Positions 55,879 to 64,000 of a stretch of 64,000 bases of DNA are shown here, one piece after another. The position numbers and the translations under genes were made by a program. The DNA comes from Candidatus Poseidoniales archaeon (lineage in GTDB: Archaea > Thermoplasmatota > Poseidoniia > Poseidoniales > Poseidoniaceae): positions 83,675 to 147,674 of the forward strand of contig QQSC01000016.1 of assembly GCA_003602475.1 (NCBI GenBank), written 5' to 3'. Positions within the stretch are counted from its first letter, which is position 1; the number at the start of each line of letters is the position of its first letter. The notes below the pieces were generated by a model that had not been told where the DNA came from, did not search any database, and saw nothing but the letters and a program-made list of their open reading frames with translations.

Positions 55879-58542
55879 ATGGGTCTGATTTCGGGTCGGT
55901 ACCGCTCCTTCACCACGGGAAACGTTGCTCAACCTGAACCTTCAACCGTCATTGAACTGTTCGGACGCATGGATGACGGACGCTCGGTGTGCTTGTTGGT
56001 TCACGGCCTTCGTCCCACTTTCGAAATCGCACCCATTGGAGAATGGGATGCTTCAGGCGACCTTCCTGCCTTTCTTCGGGATCGATTGTCAACGGTGGAG
56101 CGACTGGAACACGTCCGTAAGGTGACGGGTCCGGTAGAAAAATGGACGGAACTCGGGGTCCGCCCCGTCTGGACGGTCGAAGCGGCTCAACCGTTCCATG
56201 TCCCCCAAATGCGAAAGGCCTTGAAGGCTCAATCTTGGAGGGTGTTCTCAGGCGACGTTCCTTTTGTCAACCGTTTGTTGCTCGATGGCAATTTGGGCAT
56301 GCACATCGCCTTTACTGGCGAGGTTGTTGATGAACGCAGCATCGTTGAAAGTGACCCGTCTGATGTGTTGAGTGCTGGTGGGTCGGGTCGATATCCCGTG
56401 GACATCACGGTCCGATGCGACAAGGTTGATTTAGCGGCCGCAGAGCCTTTTTCAGTCCCGTTCAAGGTGTTTTCATTTGATCTTGAAACCAGCATTGAAC
56501 GAGAGGAAGTGTTGTGTGCCGCAGCTTGGATTCAAGACACCGCCACGGGAGAACGGCAGTCGTTTAGCTTCCGTGGCGACGAGGCAGAGATGATGAAACA
56601 ACTCACCGATGTGGTCAACCGCCACGACCCGGACATCATCACAGGGTACAACATCGACAACTTTGACCTGCCTCGTTTGGTCGACAGGGCGAAGGTGCTG
56701 AAAAGCGGTCAACACTCAACAGCCAGCCTGATCGGTTGGGGCCGTGTACCGGTGGATGAAGGTGAATTGACGCGACAGCGGGACGCCTTGATTCCTCGTC
56801 GACAAAGCAACCGAGCATGGAATTTGGCTGGTCGTGCTGTTATGGATACTTGGTGGCAAGCCCGCCAAGCGCTTCGACCTCGGCGAGAGACCCTGTCCTT
56901 TGTGGCCAACCTGTTGTTTCCCGACGATGCAGAGAAGCACAAAATGGACGTTGATGCCTCTAAAATGGACCTGGAATGGGCCAACCGGCCCGATGAGGTG
57001 ATGGAATATTGCATCAGAGACGCAGCCTTGCCATTGGATATTCTTGATGCGATTCAAGCTGTGCGCCGAAAGGAAGCCGTGGCCGCCGTTGCGAAGGTCA
57101 CGTTTGAAACCGCAGCCAACGGCAGCACGAGTCAACTGATCGACTCCTTGGTGATTCGGTGGGCTGACCGAAACGCTGTAGCGGTGCCGCTCACCGGTTC
57201 AGCAGAAGCCAAAGTGGGCCAAATCACAGGTGGATACGTCCACGATGTCGAAGCAGGCTTGCATCCTTGGATTGCCGTGTTGGATTTCAAAAGCATGTAC
57301 CCTTCCATTATGATCGGCAAGAACATCTGTTACACCACTCGCGTGGACCCTGCTCAACCGAACCAACCCGGTGAAGGTCGGTTTCACGTGGCCCCCACCG
57401 ATGCCAAGTTTCGATTGGCTGAAGACCGAGAGGGCATGGTCCCGGCCTTGCTGAAGTTGCTCATGGCTCAACGGGACGAGCACAAAGGCGCTCTCAAAAC
57501 CGCAAAAGAGCAAGGCAACACGGCCTCCTCCTCGTTTCACGATGCCATGCAATACGCTGTGAAAATCCTCATGAATTCTTTCTACGGAGTGTTCGCAAGC
57601 GGGTTCTACCGATTTACTCATCGAGATTTGGGCTCCTCGATCACGGCATGGGCGCGTCAGAACATCAAGACCATCATCGCCGCCCTCGAAGAGGAAGGTC
57701 ACGGTGTGGTCTATTCCGATACGGATTCGATTTTTGTCCGATGCCCCGTTGATTCAAACGCACCGACGATGATCCAACCTGAGGTCACCCTTCAAGCCGA
57801 ATCGGGTGACCTTCATGCCATCAAATCCATTGAGGCTCACCGGGCTGCCGTCGACTCGATGGTGTCCTTTGGACAAGAACTGGCACAGAGGTACACGCGG
57901 GATTCTGCTGAGTTGGAATTCGAACGAGGTCTTTCTGTGTTTTTCAGCCACGGGGCAAAAAAACGATACATTGGCCAAGTGGTGTGGCCCAATCAAGAAA
58001 TGCTGGTGAAGGGCTATGAGACTCAACGCACCGATTCATTCCCTTACCTGACCTCCACCATGAAAGAGGTGTTCAAGTTCGCTTTAGCGGACCAACGTCA
58101 AGCCTTGGTGACCTATGCCAAAGCACGAGTGAAGGCGGTGAAAAATCATGAAGTTGACCCAAGCGAGGTGGTGCTGGCGAAATCCTGCAAAGGGCGCGTG
58201 CTGCGCAATCCTGTGAAAACCATCGCTGATGTCGATTTTACCAAGGATTATGTCAATCCCGATTCCATGGCTCAAGTTCGGGTAGCTAAGGCACGAATTG
58301 CCCTTGGCTTGGGGTTCACCTCCGGCATGAAAGTCTCGTTTTTGGTGACCAATGCCAACCATCGGCCCATGCAGGTGTCGCCTTGGTTGGACGGTGACGA
58401 GGGTCCTTCAACACGAACCTACGACGGACAATTTTACGCTGAACGGCTGGCTTCGGCCCTCGGTCGTATCACCGATGTCTTCGATTGGGAAGCCAAAGAT
58501 TTGCTTTCCGGGCACAAGCAAACCTCCTTGTTTTCCTTCTGA
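55879..58542 (+). CDS. polB: family B DNA polymerase
   Basis: Exo motifs FDLETS, YNIDNFDLPRL and EYCIRDA. Pol motifs DFKSMYPSIM, KILMNSFYG, YSDTDSIFV and KKRY. I chose ATG 55879 because GGAGGGG lies immediately upstream (track start TTG 55843). Confidence 0.9.
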   Translation: MGLISGRYRSFTTGNVAQPEPSTVIELFGRMDDGRSVCLLVHGLRPTFEIAPIGEWDASGDLPAFLRDRLSTVERLEHVRKVTGPVEKWTELGVRPVWTVEAAQPFHVPQMRKALKAQSWRVFSGDVPFVNRLLLDGNLGMHIAFTGEVVDERSIVESDPSDVLSAGGSGRYPVDITVRCDKVDLAAAEPFSVPFKVFSFDLETSIEREEVLCAAAWIQDTATGERQSFSFRGDEAEMMKQLTDVVNRHDPDIITGYNIDNFDLPRLVDRAKVLKSGQHSTASLIGWGRVPVDEGELTRQRDALIPRRQSNRAWNLAGRAVMDTWWQARQALRPRRETLSFVANLLFPDDAEKHKMDVDASKMDLEWANRPDEVMEYCIRDAALPLDILDAIQAVRRKEAVAAVAKVTFETAANGSTSQLIDSLVIRWADRNAVAVPLTGSAEAKVGQITGGYVHDVEAGLHPWIAVLDFKSMYPSIMIGKNICYTTRVDPAQPNQPGEGRFHVAPTDAKFRLAEDREGMVPALLKLLMAQRDEHKGALKTAKEQGNTASSSFHDAMQYAVKILMNSFYGVFASGFYRFTHRDLGSSITAWARQNIKTIIAALEEEGHGVVYSDTDSIFVRCPVDSNAPTMIQPEVTLQAESGDLHAIKSIEAHRAAVDSMVSFGQELAQRYTRDSAELEFERGLSVFFSHGAKKRYIGQVVWPNQEMLVKGYETQRTDSFPYLTSTMKEVFKFALADQRQALVTYAKARVKAVKNHEVDPSEVVLAKSCKGRVLRNPVKTIADVDFTKDYVNPDSMAQVRVAKARIALGLGFTSGMKVSFLVTNANHRPMQVSPWLDGDEGPSTRTYDGQFYAERLASALGRITDVFDWEAKDLLSGHKQTSLFSF

Positions 58543-58592
58543 GCGAGGCGAAAAGAGGAAGGCCTTTTCATCCACCACACCGTCATGAGGCC

Positions 58593-59789
58593 ATGGGATG
58601 GAGCGTACAACCATGCTTGATGGTGGCCATGTTGTTGTGCGCCTCGTTGTCGGGTTGCCTGTTTGAAGACGGTGAAGGTTCCTCGTCGGACGAGGTTCTC
58701 GCCGTGTTCACCATGACGCCTACCTCCAATGTTCGAACGGGCGATACCGTTTCTTTTGACGGCGGTGATTCAACACCCCAAGACGGCTCCCTCACCTATC
58801 GCTGGAACTTTGATACGGTGGACTCCACCGACATCGACGCCACAGGTCGCAGCGCAACCTGGACGTTCAACGAAGCAAAAGCCTACGAAATCACCCTTGA
58901 AGTGTCCGACGGCACGACCCTGTCGGAACAAACCCGCACCCTAACGGTGGTTGACGCTTCAGCGCAACCGCCGGTTGCGGAAATCGATCAATACGCCGAC
59001 GCTGAAGACTGCGAGGATGAGACCATTGATGAATCAACCAACATCGTCGTGTGGATTTGCGCCCGGGGCAAAAGCCAAACGGACCGTGTGGTGACCGAAA
59101 CAGCCGTGATTACACTTGACGCATCGTCATCTTCAGCAGGTGACAACAGCCAGTACATTTCCGAGTACGCATGGGATTTGAACCTCGACGAGGACAGCGA
59201 CAACGATGGAGACACGGAAAACGACGGCGACCTCACAGGAGAATCTGTTGATTGGACGAACGTCGCACCGGGTGAATACGAAGTAGGGCTGACCATCACC
59301 AACAACGTGGGCATGGTCGATGCAGATACCATTCGTGTGTTCGTGAACTATGCGGGTTATTGGGGCGATTTCGACATCGCAGGGAACGGCACAAGCGGAG
59401 CAGCTGAGATAGATTTCGAAGCCCTGGTTCATTACGACCGTGATGTCGGTAACACCGTTCGAAAGGTCGTTGTTGAATTGGAATATCCGCAGCAAGACGA
59501 CGACTGGATTGCTGGCGGTTCAAGCGAACAAAACCGAAACAAATTGGATATTTTCGCCTACAATGAAGAAGATGATGAAGCCTCCAACACCACCGATACC
59601 GGTGTTGACTCTCGCGACCAAGGGGACTGCGATGACGAACGAGATTGCGTGCATTTGACCGTTTCATCCTACATGTTCACCGACACCGACAGCACCTATG
59701 GAGACGGCGAATGGACGTTCAGCATCAAGAACGAACGGTTTAACGATGTTGTGGTGGACCAGTTCGTCATTCGATTGTTCTACAAGTGA
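58593..59789 (+). CDS. PKD-domain lipoprotein
   Basis: Track ORF trimmed to ATG 58593. Lipobox LLCASLSGC. PKD pattern TGDTVSFDGGDSTPQDGSLTYRWNFD...TWTFNEAKAYEITLEVSDG. Acidic Asp-rich segments follow. Confidence 0.7.
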   Translation: MGWSVQPCLMVAMLLCASLSGCLFEDGEGSSSDEVLAVFTMTPTSNVRTGDTVSFDGGDSTPQDGSLTYRWNFDTVDSTDIDATGRSATWTFNEAKAYEITLEVSDGTTLSEQTRTLTVVDASAQPPVAEIDQYADAEDCEDETIDESTNIVVWICARGKSQTDRVVTETAVITLDASSSSAGDNSQYISEYAWDLNLDEDSDNDGDTENDGDLTGESVDWTNVAPGEYEVGLTITNNVGMVDADTIRVFVNYAGYWGDFDIAGNGTSGAAEIDFEALVHYDRDVGNTVRKVVVELEYPQQDDDWIAGGSSEQNRNKLDIFAYNEEDDEASNTTDTGVDSRDQGDCDDERDCVHLTVSSYMFTDTDSTYGDGEWTFSIKNERFNDVVVDQFVIRLFYK

Positions 59790-59801
59790 GGGGGCTGAAT
59801 C

Positions 59802-61256
59802 TTGGCGCGCTCCACTCGAATCATCGCCACCATCGGTCCCGCCTCGCAGGGCCATGCCATCCTGTTGAGCCTCTTGCAAGCAGGGGTTGACGTGTGCCGT
59901 CTCAACTATTCTCATGGAGAGCCTGAGGATAAAACCGAACTCTACCATCGAATACGAGGCATGGAAGACGAATTGGGAAGGCCCACTTGCATCATGGCGG
60001 ATCTTCCTGGCCCAAAACTCCGCCTTGGTACGTTTCCTGGTGTTGTGAATGTAGAACCCGGTGATTTGCTTCGTTTGGTTTGCGGTCAACTTCACGCTGA
60101 CGACGTCACCGGTGGCCGGTTACCAGTCGAATACGGCGGGCTGTCGGCCGAATTGCGGAAAGGCGACCCCATTTTACTGGCGGATGGTCTCATTCGTTTG
60201 GAAGTCGTCAACGCACCCGCTCAAGCCAACGCAGAAGTGGTTTGCAAGGTCTTGGACGGAGGCCCGATCAGCAGCCGAAAAGGCATCAACGTCCCGGGAA
60301 CGTTGGTGGATTTACCAGCGATTGGTCCCAAGGACGAACGAGCCATGGCACATGCATTGCGGGAAGGTGCAGACTACATTGCCGTCAGCTATGTTCGAAC
60401 GGCCGAAGACCTTGCTCCTGCAAAAGCGGCCATCAAGGCAGCAGGACTTCATGTGCCGGTGGTTGCGAAAATAGAACATCCATCTGCCCTGGCGAACCTC
60501 AACGAAATTCTTGAGTCAGCAGATGCGGTGATGGTGGCGCGAGGAGATTTGGGTGTTGAGATTCCCCTTGAGGAAGTCCCTATTGCTCAACAAGACATCA
60601 TCGACCGGGCCATTGAACGTGGCATGCCGGTCATCGTCGCAACCCAGATGCTCGAATCCATGACGCTGCAACCCAGGCCCACACGCGCCGAAGTATCGGA
60701 CGTTTCAACCGCCATTCGACACGGGGCATCCGCTGTGATGCTGTCTGGCGAAACCGCCGCGGGTTCGTATCCGCTTGAAACGGTTCAAACCATGGTGCGC
60801 ATCGCCCAATCAACCGAACGTGGTCTGGAATCCACATTGCAACGTCCCAACGCTCTGGCCCGCTTCCGTTCGACCAGAGCGGTCGCCCATGCAGGGGTTG
60901 AATTGGCCAAAGAGGCCGGTGCTAACCGACTGATCGTCGCCACCGAACACGGCAACGCCGCTCGTTTCGTCTCCGGGTACAGACCCGCCATCCCCATCAC
61001 AGCGATCAGCGATCGAGTGAGGGCGTTACGCCGAACCTGCATGATGCCCGGGGTGGACACCATCTTGGCCAAGGAACATGATCGCGGTTCGCAAACCATG
61101 AGGGAGGCCATCGAGCATCTGGTCAAAGACGGACGAATTCTCCCTGGCCATCGGGTCGTGGCCATCTCGGGCAGCCCTCTGGCCATGCGAGGTGCTACCA
61201 GCACGCTTCGACTATACAAAATCGGGTCGGAAGGGGAAATTCTCGGTTCGGAGTAA
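59802..61256 (+). CDS. pyk: pyruvate kinase
   Basis: TRIIATIGPAS, NYSHG, MVARGDLGVEIP and ATQMLESM. TTG start with GAGGGGG upstream. No in-frame ATG would preserve the conserved N-terminus. Confidence 0.9.
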   Translation: MARSTRIIATIGPASQGHAILLSLLQAGVDVCRLNYSHGEPEDKTELYHRIRGMEDELGRPTCIMADLPGPKLRLGTFPGVVNVEPGDLLRLVCGQLHADDVTGGRLPVEYGGLSAELRKGDPILLADGLIRLEVVNAPAQANAEVVCKVLDGGPISSRKGINVPGTLVDLPAIGPKDERAMAHALREGADYIAVSYVRTAEDLAPAKAAIKAAGLHVPVVAKIEHPSALANLNEILESADAVMVARGDLGVEIPLEEVPIAQQDIIDRAIERGMPVIVATQMLESMTLQPRPTRAEVSDVSTAIRHGASAVMLSGETAAGSYPLETVQTMVRIAQSTERGLESTLQRPNALARFRSTRAVAHAGVELAKEAGANRLIVATEHGNAARFVSGYRPAIPITAISDRVRALRRTCMMPGVDTILAKEHDRGSQTMREAIEHLVKDGRILPGHRVVAISGSPLAMRGATSTLRLYKIGSEGEILGSE

Positions 61257-61307
61257 CCTCTAATGAGTGCTGAGGCTCAAATTTCGCAGGTTGGCCGCGT
61301 CGCGGAA

Positions 61308-61346
61308 TTGATATAGGGGGTTCATTTCGGATTGATTGCTTAGGAG
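61308..61346 (+). promoter_or_regulatory. putative promoter (TATA-like TTGATATA) and SD (AGGAG) of the EF-1alpha/S10 operon
   Basis: TTGATATA at 61308-61315 is about 40 nt upstream of the ATG. AGGAG at 61342-61346 is 8 nt upstream of ATG 61355. Confidence 0.4.
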
Positions 61347-61354
61347 CGATTATC

Positions 61355-62647
61355 ATGCCATCACAATGGGAAGACAGAAGCAAGCCTCACCGCAACATCG
61401 TGTTCATCGGGCACGTCGACCACGGAAAGTCCACCACCGTTGGACGCCTCCTCCTCGACTCCGGTCACATCGAAAACCACGTGATTGAGAAGAACGAAAA
61501 ACTCGCTGCCGAATCCGGTAAAGCAGGTTTCGGTCTTGCTTACGTCATGGACGGCCTCAAGGAAGAGCGCGAGCGTGGAATCACCATCGACGTTGCTCAC
61601 AAGGAATTCTTCACCCCAACCTACTACTGGACCATCATTGACGCTCCTGGTCACCGTGATTTCGTCAAGAACATGATCACCGGTGCCTCTCAAGCCGATA
61701 CCGCCGTGTTGCTCTGTGCAGCCAACGACGGTGTCAACGCCCAAACCAAGGAGCACGCTTTCTTGGCCAAGGTGCTTGGTGTCAAGGGCCTCATCGTTCA
61801 CGTCAACAAGATGGACATCTCCGGTGTTGACTGGCAAGAAGAAAAGTACAAGGCCGCTTGTGCAGAAGTCTCCCAGCTCCTCAAGATGGCTGGATTCAAG
61901 CCCGATGACATCCCCATGATTCCCGCATCCTCTTTGAACGGCGACAACGTCTTCGAAAAGTCGGACAAGTGCTCGTGGTACAAGGGTCCAACCCTCTTCG
62001 AGGCCATCGACGCTACACCAATGCCAGACAAGCCATCCAACAAGCCTCTTCGCTTGCCAATCCAGGACGTCTACAAAATCTCCGGTATCGGTACCGTGCC
62101 CGTTGGCAAGATCGAAACTGGAACACTGAACGTCGGCAAGAACGTCGTGTTCAACCCTTCCATGAAGGGCGGTGAAGTGAAGTCCATTGAGATGCACCAC
62201 ACCATGGTTGACAAGGCCGAGCCCGGCGACAACGTCGGATTCAACGTTCGTGGCCTCGCCGCTACCGACATCCGCCGTGGAGACGTTGCCGGTTACACCG
62301 ACAGCGAACCTACTTTCGTGCGCCACGACGAGACCTTTGTCGGTCAGATCCAGCTCATGGACATCCCCAAGGCCGTGTCGGTTGGTTACACACCTGTGTT
62401 CCACGCCCACACCGCTCAGGTCGCTGTGAAGTTCATGGACCTCTTGGAAAAGACCAACCGGGCTGGCAAAGAAGCCAACCCATCTTTCCTCAAGACCGGT
62501 GACGCCTGTTTGATTCGCTTCCAGCCTACCAAGCCCATGGCCATCGAGCAGATGGACACCTTCCCCGAGCTTTCCCGCTTCGCTATCCGTGACATGGGCA
62601 AGACCGTGGCCGCTGGCGTCTGCTTGAAGATCGAGAAGAAGGCTTGA
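61355..62647 (+). CDS. tuf: translation elongation factor EF-1alpha (aEF1A)
   Basis: [28 protein letters not shown] and NKMD GTPase motifs. Archaeal/eukaryal-type length and sequence. Confidence 0.95.
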   Translation: MPSQWEDRSKPHRNIVFIGHVDHGKSTTVGRLLLDSGHIENHVIEKNEKLAAESGKAGFGLAYVMDGLKEERERGITIDVAHKEFFTPTYYWTIIDAPGHRDFVKNMITGASQADTAVLLCAANDGVNAQTKEHAFLAKVLGVKGLIVHVNKMDISGVDWQEEKYKAACAEVSQLLKMAGFKPDDIPMIPASSLNGDNVFEKSDKCSWYKGPTLFEAIDATPMPDKPSNKPLRLPIQDVYKISGIGTVPVGKIETGTLNVGKNVVFNPSMKGGEVKSIEMHHTMVDKAEPGDNVGFNVRGLAATDIRRGDVAGYTDSEPTFVRHDETFVGQIQLMDIPKAVSVGYTPVFHAHTAQVAVKFMDLLEKTNRAGKEANPSFLKTGDACLIRFQPTKPMAIEQMDTFPELSRFAIRDMGKTVAAGVCLKIEKKA

Positions 62648-62686
62648 GTTCGCTCAGCAAATTGACTTCGACAAGGAGGACTTGAC

Positions 62687-63016
62687 ATGGCAGCTGTAAC
62701 CGTGATTAAACTGACAGGTGAGAAGCACGGAGACATTGACTCGGTTGCTGCACAGATCAAGACGATCTGCGACAGTGGCGGCATCACTCTGCGTGGCCCC
62801 ATTCCTTTGCCAACCCGCCGATTGGTCGTGCCCGTCAGAAAGGCACCCGATGGTGAAGGCAGCGAAACGTACGATCACTGGGAACTTCGCATCCACAAGC
62901 GCCTCCTTGAGATGGACATCTCAACGGGCAAGGACGAAAACGCCCTTCGCTTGGTGACAAAGATCCCCATCCCTGACACCGTGAGCATTGAAATTTCGAT
63001 GCGCGCTGCCAAGTGA
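62687..63016 (+). CDS. rps10: 30S ribosomal protein S10
   Basis: LRGPIPLPTRRLVVPVRKAPDGEGSETYDHWELRIHKRLLEM is the S10 pattern. AAGGAGGA is upstream. Canonical position after EF-1alpha. Confidence 0.9.
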   Translation: MAAVTVIKLTGEKHGDIDSVAAQIKTICDSGGITLRGPIPLPTRRLVVPVRKAPDGEGSETYDHWELRIHKRLLEMDISTGKDENALRLVTKIPIPDTVSIEISMRAAK

Positions 63017-63171
63017 ATACGGCCCTCTTGCGCCTCTTGGGTCAACACCCAATGTTGCCTCGCAGCCATCAAGGCTCAAGCGAAGGCTTTGCCGAATTGA
63101 CCTTATGGACGGACATGGGCTTCAACATTGAGTTGATGATTTGCCCTGAAGGTAGCGTTCAGCGTTGGGCG

Positions 63172-64000
63172 TCAAACAGCGGCGCCCTCGGCAACTCCAG
63201 CATCGATGAGCCACTCAGCCATGTCGTTGCTGAGCACGTGGATATCGCCGCTCTCGAGCACAAGTTCATCGCCGTCTTCTGTGACAATGGGCTCGGGCAT
63301 GGTTTCCAAGATGCGAATTCTGACAAGACGTTCAGACGGATCAGGGACCGGTTGAACCGCTTCGTTGGCTTCATCAAGAGGTTCGTTCAAGGGTTCCGCC
63401 CCGAGATCTCCGATTTCCATGCCGCTGGGTGAAGGGGCCAATTCCATGGCAGCAGCGTGGCGTCCGGTGTTTGATCTCTCAAGTTGGGGAGCCGTTGTCG
63501 ATTCCGTGGCATGATGACCTTCCAACATGAAGGCTTCCTCATCCGTCCAATCGGATGCACCGTGAAGCCGTTCCTCCTCATCGAATTCGGTTTCCTGTAG
63601 CGGGGGCAAGTCGTCTTCAAAGGCCAATGCGGGGGGAGGTCCGGAGGTGATGGTTGATCCCGTGGGGACAAAAGCGTCCAGTTGCATGGTTCCGGGTGCG
63701 TGAGGCACGAGAGGCGTCATCAGCTCACCGAGCATGCCCTGTTGCATTGACGTCCATTCGATATCCTTCTTGAAACGGTCAAGGCTGATTTGCATGGCAT
63801 GATAGAAGGCTTTCTCAGCAGGGTCGTGGCGTTGCCAGTCCAAGGCTGGCAATTCATGGTTCATGCCCGGCGTCATCCCACTCCGGAGGGCCTGAGACGC
63901 CGCATGTTGCATCATGGCCACCATTCGCTTACGCGCAAGCTCCGAGGCAATTCGGCGAATGTTGGTTTGACGCTTTTGCAAATTTTGCAGTCGCATGTCG
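63172..64000 (-). CDS. possible GINS (Gins51/Gins15-like) replication protein with long acidic linker; 5' end probably beyond window
   Basis: The frame is open to the window edge (first Met at 63996). IRRIASELARKRMVAMMQHA resembles the GINS A-domain 'R..Ki' helix. The C-terminus VRIRILETMPEPIVTEDGDELVLESGDIHVLSNDMAEWLIDAGVAE resembles the GINS B-domain pattern (v.vl.d.p.f.g.dg..y.l.kGdv..lp...a..Li..g.A). Confidence 0.4.
   Translation of the reverse strand, partial: DMRLQNLQKRQTNIRRIASELARKRMVAMMQHAASQALRSGMTPGMNHELPALDWQRHDPAEKAFYHAMQISLDRFKKDIEWTSMQQGMLGELMTPLVPHAPGTMQLDAFVPTGSTITSGPPPALAFEDDLPPLQETEFDEEERLHGASDWTDEEAFMLEGHHATESTTAPQLERSNTGRHAAAMELAPSPSGMEIGDLGAEPLNEPLDEANEAVQPVPDPSERLVRIRILETMPEPIVTEDGDELVLESGDIHVLSNDMAEWLIDAGVAEGAAV

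Noticed and set aside
61361-62410. 349-aa ORF antisense to EF-1alpha. The same phenomenon appears at 33859..34872, 40384..41373, 2996..3943, 858..1673, 43773..44384 and 63013..63432.
   Set aside because: Each lies entirely inside a confidently identified gene on the other strand. Each has a Val/Gly/Arg/His-rich composition typical of shadow ORFs in GC-biased coding DNA, and no motif was recognised.
1-64000. CRISPR arrays, rRNA genes, IS elements and additional tRNAs
   Set aside because: Visual scanning of all intergenic gaps longer than 60 nt found no regularly spaced repeats. There were no rRNA-like stretches and no transposase-like ORFs. The only tRNA T-loop signature (GTTCAAATC/GTTCGAATC in a proper stem context) is the one at 9921..10006. 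This was a by-eye search, so short or degenerate elements could have been missed.

Overview
This is a densely coding archaeal chromosomal segment. I call about 55 CDS and one tRNA, and I see no rRNA, CRISPR array or transposase. It looks moderately GC-rich, but I did not compute GC content.

Archaeal identity rests on these genes: PriL primase, family-B DNA polymerase, a GINS-like protein, Hjc resolvase, a XerA-like recombinase, MC1 chromatin protein, Sec61-beta, SRP19, ribosomal proteins S8e and S10, and EF-1alpha.

These sit alongside bacterial-looking metabolism: a PlsC-like acyltransferase, a DAG-kinase-like lipid kinase, a fused RibD, RimK, and an aerobic A-type cytochrome oxidase operon. 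There are also two giant membrane-anchored surface proteins of 1781 and about 1690 aa. By inference only, this combination is what I would expect from a marine planktonic Thermoplasmatota / Marine Group II-like archaeon.

The features most worth a second look are:
- The cox operon (coxB-coxA-coxC-coxD-sco1, then tRNA-Ser with zero spacer). Every large subunit and the Sco1 copper chaperone carries a lineage-specific extracytoplasmic or His-rich addition, and no cytochrome c domain is present.
- Two outward-facing giant adhesin-like genes bracketing a core that encodes an M50 site-2 protease and a signal peptidase.
- A membrane protein with an N-terminal SAP DNA-binding motif.
- An HhH protein with a histone-H1-like Lys/Ala tail, next to MC1 and Xer.
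- A C-terminal 'FLPxxGL + TM + basic' motif shared by two secreted proteins.

All functional calls come from motif recognition by eye in the supplied translations. No database search was run.
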